Shown piece after piece: positions 23,401 through 36,938 of a stretch of DNA of 64,000 nt. Below the pieces are notes generated by a model, which was not told the DNA's origin, did no database searches, and worked only from the letters and a program-made list of their open reading frames with translations. The stretch lies in the NCBI GenBank assembly GCA_002269645.1, contig NIVC01001044.1, positions 1 through 64,000 of the forward strand, given 5' to 3'. This stretch comes from Macrostomum lignano (Eukaryota). The position numbers were made by a program, and so were the translations under genes. Each line of letters opens with the position of its first letter. Position 1 is the stretch's first letter.

Positions 23401-26400
23401 TCTTAATAGCTTAATAGCTAATAGTACAATCGCACATCATGTGTTTAAGAATCATAAAAATGGTATGGATTGACTTATTAGTTTTATGAATAGATTTTTA
23501 TTCAGTCTTAGCTCTATAAATACCAATCAAGCTATAAGAAAGGCGTGTACATTAGGTCTGTCTCCTTTAAAAACAATAACGATTTTTGAGCTGATCAAAT
23601 GAAAGCCTCCAATTTCCGTAATGCATTTTTTTAGATCGTACCTCAAATTTTTCATTCAAAGAAACGCAGTCTCCCGTCCTACTTGAGAATTTATCGACTG
23701 TTAATGCAGAATATGTTAAAGTAGTGTCTGCTAGCTACGCATTCAAATGTTAAACAATGCGCTTAGTTTTCAAAGTACAATATGTCAGGAAATAAACCTA
23801 GCAATAACTTCTGTAGCCAAAGTGCAATTTAAATAGGGACAGAGGCTGCGGCAGTGCAGTTGGCTGAGGCTTGCAAATTTCCTGACTCAAAGAAAGCCAA
23901 TTCGCTTCTTGGCTCTTTCCGCGCCAGCGGATTTCAGGGACGGCCCGACTTTATTAACAAGGTTAGCTTCAGTTGCTAGGCAGAAATGTGACTGTCAAAT
24001 ATTGTCGAAAAAAAACTGTTAGCATTTGTTATCAGCAACTGGCATAGTGCATTAGAATCTTAATTATGATTTATTGTTCGGTGTAACTAGCCGAGATGTT
24101 AAGCTCAGAAGGCAAAAATCATGAGGCTTTTATCTAGCGATTGATACATTATAAATGGTTAAATATGCTTCTGAAATCTGCAGTGCTATGAAGTCCAAGC
24201 ACCTGAACGATTGGTTATTATTGAATTCAGATTAGAGAAAAGCAGAAATCAAACCAGAAAAATGATTTTATCGAAGTACAAACAAGCGCTTTGCTCACGG
24301 TATTCTTGCGCCAGTGGAGACTCGGCTAAAATATTCATGTGCAGTTGACTGTTGGAAATTTCGTCTGGTTAGAGCGACTGCTTAGACACACAGACACGAG
24401 TACATTGAGAATGACCCAGATGACCCAGTATTGAATACAGCTTTATAGTTCTATTGTTACCTCTGCAAACATAGAACTTGACACAGATTGTACTGTCTCA
24501 AACTAATACTATCTTATAATATTAATCATATATTCGCGGGAGGGCAGCAAGGCACCCTGGCGCAATGCCTCCGGCAACATTGTCCGACACAACCATTGCA
24601 TTGCATTGCATTTTGAGCTTGTGGTCGACTTAGATCTAAATCTATATAAATCTACACCTTTAAATCCCAGACAGACTCACTCAGCCCGGCCTTGTGGAAA
24701 ATCTCCCCGATCCGGTCCTGCAGCGCCTCATCGTACAGAGACCAGTCGCCGGAGGACAGGTCCAAGTCCAGGCCGAAGCTTGACGAGTGCGACAGCCGCG
24801 AGCTGGCCAGCAGGTGCGCCACGTGCACCTCCTCCCAGGCCGACCGGGCGTCCGCCAGCTGCCGATCGGCCGAGGCGACACCGTCGGCAACTTCGCGTCC
24901 GCCGGAGGCCAGACGGTCGCAGACAGTCAGCTGATCGGCGGCTTCGGCTGACAGCGCAGCGGCGGCATCGAGCAGGCGGTCCAGCATCTCCAGGGTGGCT
25001 GAAGGAGAACCCGCCGTCGCCGCCGTTGCTGCCGATGTCGCTCCAGCTCCAGCTAATGGCGGATCAACCGACGCCGAAGCGAAATCGATTCCCGAGTCCT
25101 CCATGAGCCAGCAGGCGGAGGTGGCCACGGCGGTTGATGAGGCGGCGCAGTCGGAGAACAGCGACTCGCCCTGGCGCAGCGAGGTCAGCAGCTGCTGGCG
25201 GGTCAGCTCGTCATCCTCGTCATCTGCGTCTTCTCGGTCGGCAAAGAGCTCGTCTTCGGCGGCTTCTTGATGCTGCTGCTGCGGCTTCTTGCTGTTGAAC
25301 TCGTCTCGCCTCCGGGCGAACTCGGCACCCAGCGAGGTGTCCAGGAACTCGGCAGCGTCTGCATCGGCTGGCAGCTCCGGGTCAACGCTGGGCGATTCGA
25401 CTGCCACGTTGCTATCGCCGTTGCTATGGACGCGAGCGTAGATGTGCAGCACCCGGTGGAACAGGTCCTGGTTGTGCTCGTTGACGTAGCCGGGCAGAGA
25501 CGGCTGCTGGGACTGCTGGCGGGGCGGGGATCCGGGTGCCGCGGCTGGAATGGAGGGGTACAACAAATAGCTGGGTGTAACATCCGCATAGCAACTAAGC
25601 TGATAGCCAGATCTCTCAGCATTGAGCTAACTCAGTCATCGCTCACCACAAGTGCCGGGCCAAGCAACTGCGGAATTGCCGACAGAGTCAGAATGAATAA
25701 ACCAGCTGTCTCGGTTGACGGACTCCAAGCTGGACACGGCTCTGAGACTGTCAGTCCTGAACTCCACATCCTGAACTGCAGCAGCGGCGGCGGCAGCAGC
25801 TGAGCCGTCACCGTCAGGCAGCGCCTCCTCTGCTGAGTCTATCAGAAAATCCTGGTTACCACCGGCCGCTGCTGTGGCTCGACTGCCTTTAAACTCTCCG
25901 AAGTTATCGTCGCTGTCATCATCGTCGGGATCATCGTAGCCCAGCAGGTGCCGGGTCTCACCAGCGATTCTCGCCGCACCGGCTGACGCCGGCAGCTGCC
26001 GCAACTCAATGGCGTCGGCAGCTTGGCAGCGATTGCGCTGCCGCTGGTGCTGCTGGGTGTTGCCCATTGGGGCGACTGACGCTGACCCGTTGGGTAGCGC
26101 TGGGGCCGGCTCTAGCGACTGCCGCGTGCGGGGGGGCGGGTCGGGTCGTAAGTGGCGATGCTTTTGTGGCTGCTAAGGGGTGACTCTATTGCGATTGCTA
26201 AGGTGGTGATTCTCTTAAGGGGGTGATTCTTTTGCCGCTAAGGGGCTGGTGATTCTTTTGTTGCTAAGGGGGAGGTGATTTTAAGGGGGAGGTGATTCTA
26301 TTGTTGCTAAGGGGAGGCGATTATTTTGTTGCTAAGGGGGAGGTGATTTTAAGGGGGAGGTGATTCTATTGTTGCTAAAAGGAGGTGATTATTTTGTTGC

Positions 26401-27150
26401 TAAGGGGGTGGTGATTCTTTGATTGCTAAAGGAAGATTCTTCCGGGGTTGCCAAGGGACAGTTATATTCATGATTTAGGGGCGATTATAGCAGCAGTGGA
26501 GGCTCCATAGTTTAGGATTTCCTAATTTCTCAAGATTAATTCATTCATATAGGTTGGTAAATGTAAAAATAAAGAAATGAAAAATTGAAAATGATTTAAA
26601 GATGCATAAAAAGGCCAGTAGTTCAAACAAAGGTGTGAAAAAAAAATCACCAGAAACTCACAGTGCAACAATGCGACAAGCTGTCCTGACCAACACTAGC
26701 ATCGCCTGCTTCAACAGCATCAGCTGGCAGGTGTCTAGTCCTTGTCTGTGCACTCTTAATCCGATAGCATCCGCAGCCGCAGGTGCAACAGTCTTCTTCC
26801 TCTTCTACAAGCAGACTCTCTTGACCTTCGGTTTCGCTAGTCTCTCCGAGTTGTCTTTGTTGTTGTTGTTGCTGTTGTTGTTGTTGTTGTTGCTGCTGTT
26901 GCTTGTGGTAGCGACAGAACAGCCGGTAGGCGATCACGCCGCCGATCCCGATGCCGACAGCGGCTGACAGGCAGACGATTGAGCCGACACCGCGGACTGG
27001 AAGGCGGCACAGGGTGGCTGCTGAGTGAGCGCTGGTTGCGTCAAGCAGCAGGCTGCAAGCGCTGAGCAGCAGCAGGGCTGAGCTCACGCAGCAGGCGGCT
27101 AGGGACAGGCCCAGAGCCTGAGCTACTGATAGCCTAGAGCTAACTAGCAT
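19314..27150 (-). CDS. Spliced gene (~937 aa): N-terminal hydrophobic/TM anchor, polyQ, long acidic region, C-terminal OTULIN/FAM105 (peptidase C101)-like domain
   Basis: Exons 27150-26662, 26118-25647, 25544-24681, 22842-22499, 20792-20490, 19655-19314 total 2814 nt in one frame. [29 protein letters not shown] aligns by eye to [65 protein letters not shown] aligns to the OTULIN C-terminus (EMFLLAYAVRHTIQVY..VTLIAEDDRHYNIPV). The start codon and the exon-4 acceptor are uncertain. Confidence 0.72.
19703..20488. repeat. (GACA)n microsatellite filling intron 19656-20489
   Basis: Direct reading. Confidence 0.98.
21140..22480. repeat. ~21-bp intronic minisatellite (CAGTCTAATCTCATCCCCATTT-like)
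   Basis: Fills most of intron 20793-22498. Confidence 0.93.
26180..26460. repeat. Degenerate intronic repeat (GTTGCTAAGGGGGAGGTGATT-like)
   Basis: About 9 units. Confidence 0.8.
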
Positions 27151-30100
27151 TAGCCAGGCCTCGCCATTAGTCTCCGCGGACAAAACAAAGAATCCGAATA
27201 AAATTAAACGAATGAAGAATAAAAATCCAGGCCCCCGATTTGACTTGCTTCTGCCAGTCGCTATTTTTGTCTCTAATACCCCCGCGCATATCTCCGCTGG
27301 CTTCGTGTTTCCCTCCCCACCCAAACCCACGAACTGCGGAGCACCTATCCTATTCAGACATTGGTTCCCATGGACCTCGCCTATACACTCTATACAGGTC
27401 CTACAGAACGATATGGAAGGGGGACTTGGGCCTAATACCGGTACGAAATAATGGAAGCGCAGGGCTAGACGGAAGGGGGGGGGGCAGGCGGAGAAAACGC
27501 AGATGTGGTGCTGCGCAGAAGGCCACCAACTAGCCATATCTTCCTCTCGTTCCCTCACTGCCCCCCCCCCTGCACCAATAGCAATGTCCTGTCAGCGGCG
27601 AGCTATTAATAAGACAGGCCAGTTCCGAATGGGTAACCAACCTGAACTAACCAGCCAACCAGCCTCAGAAAAAAACCCGAGCCATTAGTGTAGAAAAGCA
27701 CGTTAAGGCGAAAAAGGACGGGACAAGCGCTGCACGCGGTAACTGATATGCGCGTTCTTGTTCACAGGACCGGACATGAAAAATTGTGGTTTTTTATCGG
27801 GAGCCAAGCCGGCAGTGCGGGACTCTCAGCTGGGCCCCGTTCTGTCCCTGCGGCTACCAACCCTCGGCTCGTACTGCGGGCAAGCATTGCAGACAGATAC
27901 AGGCAGTGCAGGACGCAAAGTGTATGTGGGAACTCGAGTGCGGCCAATGCCATGTACTAAAGCCAACGAACTGCACTATGGGATTCAATCTGACTCCGAT
28001 ATGCGTAATTTTATGGCTATTTTTCCAAGCTAACTAGCAACTGTAGCTTATCCACTGGCAACACGGAACGGGTCACTGGGCAAACAAGCTGTTTAATAAT
28101 AATATATGTATAATGTATGTTGCTTGTCTAAAACTAAACGTATAGAAAATATTTTTAGAAAGGATCGAACTCTACAGTTTCATATACTTTGCCCACAGTA
28201 AAATACATTCACCAGCAAATGATGCCTAGAGCCAATCCTGCATAATTTGATGAAGTCCTAGCGACTGGAGGATACTGGAAAGGAAGGAGGTAATCGATTT
28301 TGTACAAGTTTAAGTCACCGTCTCTCTGTCTCCGTCCTACCCTAACGACTAGACTCAGCCTCAACTCTGCTCAGCCAGTCAGTCAGTACAGAAACCCGAA
28401 TTGAGTGCAGCAGAGAGAACAGTTGAGAGACGGCAGCTCCCAGTCTTCGAAAAGTTTTGGAGACGAACTAACGGAGAGAGAAAAAAGTTAATTAGCTCGC
28501 TTCCGATCGAGATATAAGAGACCGAAGCATTCCCGAGAATGAGAATTTCTAGAACACGGAAGGCATAAGAAAAAATTGATGTGCTCGCACAGCATTTTAA
28601 TAATGCAATAGCAAGTCCAGCATGTATGTATTGCTTCGATTTTCCCTTCATCGAACCAATACTCGAGCGGCAGCGCATCATGCAATCATAAATCGCATGC
28701 GGAATAGACGGGCACTAATGCCAGGCAAGCAGGAATCGATGCATGCATAGTTAACTGGGCAAACATTAAGGCAATTGCCTATAGAAGAAAGCTTGTTGCA
28801 GCATAAAGTCTAGTTAGAAAAGTTGTGCAGTATTGCCTAAGCTAGCCGAGCTAAAAATAGCAGAAACTGCAGCAGGCTCGTATAATACTCGTATGTAGAT
28901 TCTGTTGTGACCCAAACAGACCCGAAATGAGACTTAGGAGAGATTTGACAGTGGAAACTAAACCTTTCTTTTATGTCTGAAAGGCCCACACCGAAGCCTG
29001 GCCAGTCAAGATTAGGGTAAACATTCCTAGGAAATGAACATTATAAAGATAAAGAACCTAGGAATAGCATAATATACTAGGTACTAGAAAAATAGTATAT
29101 GTAGATTTTTTCGCTGAAAGATATTTAATAAGGGGTTATCGATTGAACGCTAGCAATTAGTGTCGAAAGCATCGCAAACAGCACGGGTTTTTAGACAGAC
29201 TAGCCAATAATTCAGGCCTGTGACGCGGCAACTTACCCCGATCTAGATCAACAGAGACCAGCGGCAATGCTCGAGAGCGAAACGGGCCACCACCGCCAGA
29301 GTGCAGTACCAATAGCAGCACCACTTTGCGTCTGGCCGACAATGAGCTCTCGCCACTGTTGCCGCCGCTAGACAGCCACATACTCATGCGGCCTCTGCCG
29401 CCGCTGGCGGGCCTGCGACCAAAGTAGCGTCTGCGCGATTCGGGCAGAGGACTGGCAAGACAAGCGGGATCTAACAGCGACCTAGGATGCGAAAAGCTTG
29501 GCCAACAGCTGGCAGACAGAGGGGTCAAGTAAGAGGAGGACGGTAGATAGCCTAGCCGACCAGCGGATGCGACCGTAGTCGATAACAGCCGGAAAAGACG
29601 GATGCGAAGAAGCCGCTTGATTAGTGGAGGCAACGGGCGCTCGGGGGGAAGCATAGTGCGACCCCTTCCCGTGCAGCCCTGCCCTCCACCCCGCTGAAGC
29701 AAAGGCTAGCGGTACGCGATGCCAATTGTTGCCTTGCCCTCCTCGTCTTCACACACTCCTGTTCGCGTATTTTCTTCAGGCTTTGGCACCTTAGTTATTT
29801 CTTCGGCAAGAGCGGCGACTGTAGCCTCTAGCGTGGCTTTCCGTTGATTTCTATTCGTTCTCGCTCGGGTCCATGCTGCGCACTTTATAATACCGCCTCT
29901 CACTATGCACCCATGTGCACATAGAAGATAGGGTAGTAGATTGGGCAGTATTTTCCGTCCACAGAATACTTTTGAACGATGGGCGCGAGCGCACGGGCGT
30001 CTCAGATACTTGGCAATTAAGCGGGGCTGCCTGTCAACGTATTCGATTCATGGCGGGAAAATATTGATGACTGGACTTCAAGACGCATGCTTCATAACGG

Positions 30101-33100
30101 CGCGCTTTAGCTGGATATTTGCAGCAGCTACAGGGCTCGGATTAACTGAAGGTTGCGCGTAACGCTAACACAGGATTTTTCGCTAATGCGTTATTTTTGC
30201 CAGAAAGGAGCAATTGAACCTCTTTGCGTTCAGCACGACCAAATGCGGCCAGAACAGAGGGCAGTCGGCCTCAGCAACCGCTGCGTCTGTTTTTCTACCC
30301 TTCAAGAGTGCAGAGTATAGAATGAGTCAACGCGGCGCTGGCGGAGTACGGGGCCAGCCAAGAGCAGGACGAGCAAAGGGGAACGGGATAGCAGGATGGA
30401 TTTGCTGCGAATGCCGCTGTCGAATATAAATCGAATCCACAAAACGGGCGGACGGCCCAAGGGAAAGGGGGTAGGAATAGAGAGCGGCAGGCGGGATGGG
30501 AAAGGGCCACTAGTGGAAGCAGGCTCTAGGCAAGGGGGCAGGGAGTAGAAGGGGAATTTTAGAAGACCGCCACGAGGGATTAATCAAGGGACGCCGGGTG
30601 GTTGGAAAGAGAAAAAGAGCGCAAGAGATGAGGGGGCAGTAGCGGCAGACGCAAATCCGAGTGCAGAGTCGCTAATGCGAGCAGCGCCTTGAATAACAGC
30701 CGGATAGGAGCAAGCACGAATGGAGAGCAGCGTATTTCTTTACTGGCACAACTTCCTTGCTTCGCGGTTTTTTTTCTTTTCTTAGTAACGTTAAGCTAGA
30801 CTGAAGCGTCTTTGCGGGAGGCAAGGTTCCTCTCAGAAGGGGGTACGGAGCTGAAAATCCGGCAGAGACGAGATTTGGGGAGTCGGGGTAATAAAGAAGG
30901 GGATGGAAAAAATATGGAATGTCAGTGTAGAGGATACACGAGGCCTTTACAGCGCAGGCGATTCTTTGATGCGGAAGGCAACCACTTGTGACGAGGAGCG
31001 AAGGGGAAGCCTTCAGACTATCTCGGCCAGTTGGGCAGCTGCAGGCTCGAAGCGGACTGGCGAATCCAAGGTAGTTCTTAGATGCTGAATGAATAACTTA
31101 AGTCTTCGCCTCGCCAACTCGTCGGTTTTTCCACAAGTGTTTGCTTTAGGACTGGATGGAATTCTTTTGGCCGCCAACACAGACTTGATGAATGCGTACG
31201 CAAGGCAGAGGAATTCCAAAGTTGTCTTTAATGTAAATCGGTATAGACAATCAGTTGAAAATTGCAAACGCTTGCTGTGGAGCTTCTTTTACTGTTGGGC
31301 TTCTCTCGGTGAGCAGATTAATTCGGTTGCTAGCCAAAATTTTAATTTAGTCTGACACGCACAGCAGAACGACGATCTAGTGAAATGCAGAACTTTCTCT
31401 TCGGAATATTTGATAATATACAACAATGAGTGACAAACTTTGAGTCTCACACCCGAGCTCCTCTTATATGCAGAATTACGCTTCTCCGCCTGTTGCAGCA
31501 GTAACGAAAGCAGAAAAAGCTCGCAATAAAAGCAGAAAACTGAGTGGGTGGAGACTAAAAGGCGCCTGTGCGCAGGCGTGTGGACTAATGAACGAAGAAT
31601 GAATAGAGAAGGAATGAGCGACCCCTTCTTTTAGCTTGAAGCAAATAGAAGATGCAAAAGGGAAAAGAGGAGAGACTGGGGGAAGGCCGGAGACGGGTCG
31701 TGTTCAGACCTGACGCGCAGACTGGACAGAATGCAGACAGACGGAGAGAGTGGAGGAGAGACGGGGACTTGGGTCACTGGTTGCCTACACCAGAAACTAG
31801 CCCCGTACTGATGTGTCTGTCTACAGGGGGAGGAAGGAAAAGTAAGGCAGGGAGAATGTTCGCGACGAAGGCGACACACAGGGAACGTTTCCAAAGTGCT
31901 CGGAGCTGGAGGGAGAGAGTAGGATTAAGAATCAGACAGAAATGAGCAGTTCGAAGAGTCTAAATGGAATTATAGTCGAACAAAGAAGACAAATTAGCAC
32001 AAAAATGAAGCAATTTAACGGCTAGGACTGTTAAAAAAGATCCAACTGTACTCTAGATGTTCAAGTAGAGTAATTACGGAGAGTGCGAAAAGCACTAGGC
32101 TCAAGAGCGGACTTCTTTACGCGAACTTAGCTGCAATAGCATATTGAAAAGATTTTTTAGGAAAGCGAAATTGTCTTCTTTACTGATTCGAAAAGCTGCG
32201 CTGTGTTCCTCATCGCGTGTCGAAGTACACTCGATCTTCTGAGCCGGGACCAGCAACAAAGTTCTATTAGACTGATCAACGGACGAGACTTCTCGGTATA
32301 TTCGATCTTATCAAGTGTGCCTGATGAAGCTGAGCAGTTTCTGCTATCGAGACACTGCTCCAGGTTTAAACGTCCCAAAGATGGCTGATAAGAAATACGA
32401 GTGTAGAAATCCAATACCACCGAACGAAATAGGAAGCTTATGTTGTTGGACTCAACTTGATGTAGTAGCCGCTTGAAGCGCTGCCGCGTGAACTGAATGC
32501 AAACAGCAGGCGGAAGACAGGCCGGGCTTTGCGGGCAGCGCAAATTAAAATTCCACGAGAGACTCTCACCGCGCTGCAAACTCAATTCATTCCCTCGACA
32601 GCGGAGGGGAAAATGCAGTGGGATAAGGTGACAGTGGATGCACGACCTTCACCCATTGTACTGCCAACATAAGACGCCCCATGTGCGCGCATGCGCTCAA
32701 GGCTATCCGCTTTCCGTCCCTCATCCCTCACCCAGTATTTCGTTTCCACGCATTGAATTAAAGCAGCTGAGCGCATCCCAGTCAAAGAATACTGAGCTAA
32801 ATCAGATGTGCGCAGATAGGCAGTCAGACCGACCCCAAGCTGCATTTCCACTCCAAACACCGAGATTGGAAATTCAGCTATAGGGATGCATCAACTCCGC
32901 AGACTCTTCTCTCTGTTGTTGGATAGAGATTCACTTGGCAACTAACTCAGCCTGCCCCGCGACCCCGCGATTGCACTTTTGGAATGAATAGAAACTGGAG
33001 CGATAGAGGCAAAAATATGGCACGCAAGTATTGGAAATAACTATGGTAGATTGCTTAAAATAGATTCGACCCAGATCGCAGAGTATGCAGAAAATAAATC

Positions 33101-34109
33101 ATCTGAAATATAGCTAACCTACGAGTACACATCAGCTAGGGTAAAGAAAGAGAATGACCCCATCAATCATCAACTAGGCTAATTGCGAATTAATTTATAT
33201 TAGGAAATGGTAGCTAAAATCAATACTTGGCTGATTAGAGGTAGCAAAGTTTCATAGCCCTGCACTCACACATCTTAAGGCGGTCAGTCCGGTTCAACTA
33301 ATCCACATATTTCTACTATGGGGAAAAAGTTTTTATACGTCTAAAATAGCAACGGGAGTTATACTTTACAAGTTAAAAAGCCGCATTTTAAAACCCAGGA
33401 ATGTGGGCCAAACGCTCATAAAAGCCTTAGGTAGAAAGGAAAATTACAACCAAGGCGCATGCGAAAGTCGCTACAGTTGGCTTCCAAGCAGCAATAGCGA
33501 AGCGCTCGCCGCAGACTCGGACTATTAAGTATGTCTGCCAAGGGTCGGGACTGGAATATTTTGGTAGAAAATGCACGACGGGAGACAGAAGCGACTCGAA
33601 TGGAGAGGAAACAAGGCGTACTTTTGAGTAACTAAATAACCCTAAGAGCAGAGGAACTTCGACTCGCTACAATTTCTTTTCTTATAGATAAGCAGGAGGC
33701 CGTCGAAGGTACGTATATTTTTCGCATCACAAGTGCATTTTGCAAAATTAAGAATGTGAGCACTGGTATTTTTGGTTTGGTAAGCGACATTTTTTGCCTG
33801 GCATCAGGAATCGTCAAGCTCTTAAAAAATAGCTACGATTTATTTTTTAAAATCGATTTAGACGAAAATTGGTCGATAAGTCAGAAAATGTGCATTTAAT
33901 TAACAGTCGATTGCAGTCTTGCGGAGCGCTCACAGTGCACAGTGCTCATGTGTACACCTAGAATACTCTAATGAGGGCACTGGCACTATGATTGTAAAGT
34001 TGCTTAAATGTACATTTTCTGACTTTCATTGACCCGTTTTCGTCTAAATTGATATAAATGATAATAATAATTTTTTTGTCTTTTAGGGTTATTATTGTTG
34101 CTCATTTTC

Positions 34110-34152
34110 AAGAGCCTGACGAAGCCTGACGCGAGGCGTAACATGTCACTTA
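34110..34152 (+). ncRNA. Degenerate minimal type I hammerhead ribozyme motif
   Basis: CTGACGA-A-GCCT-GACGCG-AGGC-GTAAC-ATGT-C: core CUGANGA, 4-bp stem II, palindromic ACATGT stem III and GUC triplet. GAAA is mutated to GTAA and stem I is poor. Confidence 0.5.
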
Positions 34153-34351
34153 GCTCGTGCGAAAAATGCTAGTGCTCACATTCGTAATTTTACTAGAGCA
34201 TTTTCCAAGCCGATTGAGCCTAGGAGGAGCAAGCAATTTAATCCTTAGTGGGAAAATCAAGCTATCAGGAAAATCAAGCAATCAGGCCGATGTAACGAAA
34301 AATTTCTGAACAAAGCTGCCAAAGTATCTAATGGTTTTACCTGGTCTTACA

Positions 34352-34546
34352 NNNNNNNNNNNNNNNNNNNNNNNNNNNNNNNNNNNNNNNNNNNNNNNNN
34401 NNNNNNNNNNNNNNNNNNNNNNNNNNNNNNNNNNNNNNNNNNNNNNNNNNNNNNNNNNNNNNNNNNNNNNNNNNNNNNNNNNNNNNNNNNNNNNNNNNNN
34501 NNNNNNNNNNNNNNNNNNNNNNNNNNNNNNNNNNNNNNNNNNNNNG
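34352..34546. other. Assembly gap (195 N)
   Basis: Run of N. Confidence 1.
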
Positions 34547-36523
34547 CCATCGGAGACTTCAAATTATAATTAATCAGACAAACTCATATACTGACAAGTC
34601 GACTGTATTTATCAAGGACAAGTTGGCAGTAAGTTCTACCATTCTGTTTCGATTTTCTTCGTTGACAACAGTCAGATAGTAGCACTAAGAAGTCGGTGTA
34701 TGATTTGTTAATAATAAATTCTGCTCTTCTGCTCAACAAGCGCAACTCGGTCTCTCTCTATAAGCGAGAGACTGCACTCCTTGCTCACACTGTGCGTGCC
34801 GCGAGCATTTCCGACAGTGCACGACTCTCGGACAACTTCCTGCCGTCTCAAGCCAGCAAGTCTTGCCCTGTCCGCCTGTTGTACTCAGATTGCTGAGACG
34901 GCGCTGGTTGAACTATGGGGGTTGGGCGATCTCAGCAAAGAAAAGTAACAGCTTACGCGCCAAAGGGAAGAAGAAAAATGAAGCATTGGATGAGCTGCCA
35001 GATAAGAACACGAACATGTGCATAGAAATCCCATATAGAAAGCCATTAGCTGCTCTGGTGGAAGAGAATGGAAAGGGGAGTGGCCCAATGAACAAAATGC
35101 TTATGGAATTTGGAGGTGGCTACACGCGACTGGGAGAACTCAAAGGTGACAGAGAGCTCAGAGTGGGGAGAGAAAGGGAGTTCACTACTTGGGCAGCACT
35201 GATCAGCTCATAAATACATTGGGGACACGAGGCATTGGACGAACCTCAACTCAGGAAACACGTGACTCATGCAACCCCTCAAAGTACTCAAAGGTGAAAA
35301 TATTTTTGCACGCTTACTCACATGTTGACTCATTTCTCAGGAAGACTGCTCAGAGCACAGACAAACAGGTAGACTGGGATATTGGGACCACAGGCCAGAT
35401 CTATCCGACCATCGGGTAGTTTGAAACTTCACAACAGCAATCTAAACTGTTCAAGGTTTATATCTTCTCTCAGGTCCCTCCTCTCCCGTCTCCTTTATAT
35501 CAGGTCATACCAGGATCATTTTAACTTTACAAGTCTCTTCTTAGCTATCTTCTCTATAATCCATTCTCTTCTTTCTCCTCTCTCATTACATTCTTTCTTC
35601 CTTATCTCTCCTTTATTCTCCCTTGTATTCTCATTGACATTTTCTTCATTCTCAGCTGACCCGCTAAGAACTGGAGAACCAAAAAGGCAATCCTACGATA
35701 CCCTAGCCCAAAACCGCTAAGAACACAGCCTGAACTGACAGCTAAAACTACACAAGAGAAAACAAATAGAAAACACAGACTGACACAAACAAGTACAGTG
35801 CCGCCTTAAGCGTTTCAATTTGTTCTTAGCTGAACACACAGAGAGAGATGGAACAGCATAGAAACGCAGCGGGCAATTGAGCAGCTTTATATCAGATATA
35901 AAGCTGATATGCAAACAATTGGTTTAATGTATTTTTGTAATTAGTAATTAAAAATGATTTTGCAGGTGCATTGGTAAACAATATAATAGGAACTTTACAC
36001 TTCGCGCGCCCAGGTGAGACTTGAGGAACAAAGAAGAGGGGAAGAGGGGCTGGGGGGAGTCAAGAAGCTTTTTCAAGTCTCCAAGCCGCTGATGCAACAG
36101 AGAAGAGCTTAGAAAACCAGCAGGCCTGGCGATTTCACAATTTAACAATTTTAGGCGACAAAAAACAAAAAAAATGCTAAAAACTGCGACTCTCAATCAG
36201 GCAATACATTTGGCTCTACTAACAGCAGCCTGATGCGGACATGAACTGAGCTCTGCATTCAATATGAGAATTTAATAGCCACAGAAACAGGCCTGGGATA
36301 CCGGTCTGCTCAGGTCAAATTTCTAATGTTATACTAATATAAATTAGTCTTAACTAAACAAGAAAAGCGACAGTCAATGAAGAATAACACCCCAGATACG
36401 GCACAGCTGGGTAGTTAGATGGAGAAGAAATGCAAATTTCCATCATGCATTCTTAAGACAATCGAATTGAAATATGAATGATTATTTATTATTCATGGGT
36501 TAATCTCCCACGGCCTCCAACAG

Positions 36524-36662
36524 GAAGGGTTGGCAAACTGTTTTCCTCAAAAGTCCAGATAGAGAAGAGAGACAGACCGGATCGATATTGTGAAGTTTTA
36601 AAAGGGCCCGTGGGCCGGTTAGAGAGGCTTCGCGGGCCGCATGTGAGGTTTGCCAACCCCTG
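36524..36662. mobile_element. hAT/Charlie-like MITE remnant
   Basis: Imperfect TIRs GAAGGGTTGGCAAAC / GTTTGCCAACCCCTG and a GGGCCG-rich subterminal tract typical of hAT MITEs; no matching TSD. Confidence 0.55.
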
Positions 36663-36938
36663 GGCCCAGAGGGTGACAACCGGGCCATGCCACAGAGTAC
36701 CTGAATGCATTATAGAGGCACAATAGAGTGAGAAAGCAAACACTGCATTAACCTAGAAGTAATCAGCAAATTAGTTCTAAGCGAATTAATTTAACACAAT
36801 AAGCAGATAAACTGAGCCCAGTATTTCTTATCAACAGTGTTTTTTAGACTAAATTAAGAGAGAGAAGAAATCGCTACCCCAGTTGGGAACGAATGAGACA
36901 GGTGAGACAGGGGGTAGGACAGGAGGGTTGGGGCACAT

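Noticed and set aside
26647-27558. Extending the OTULIN-like gene to the upstream in-frame start at 27537/27558
   Set aside because: The added ~130 aa look non-coding (T-rich tract, poly-G); ATG 27150 preferred but unproven.
32315-32360. CTGATGA followed by a hairpin and GAGAC, hammerhead-like
   Set aside because: Stem II register, GAAA and stems I/III do not fit.
28300-33700. Possible decayed retroelement (LTR-like TATA segments near 28510 and 31460, coiled-coil-like frame 29706-29903, knuckle-like CGPNAH near 33400)
   Set aside because: No RT, integrase, endonuclease or recombinase motif found and stop density is near random expectation; needs a repeat-library search.
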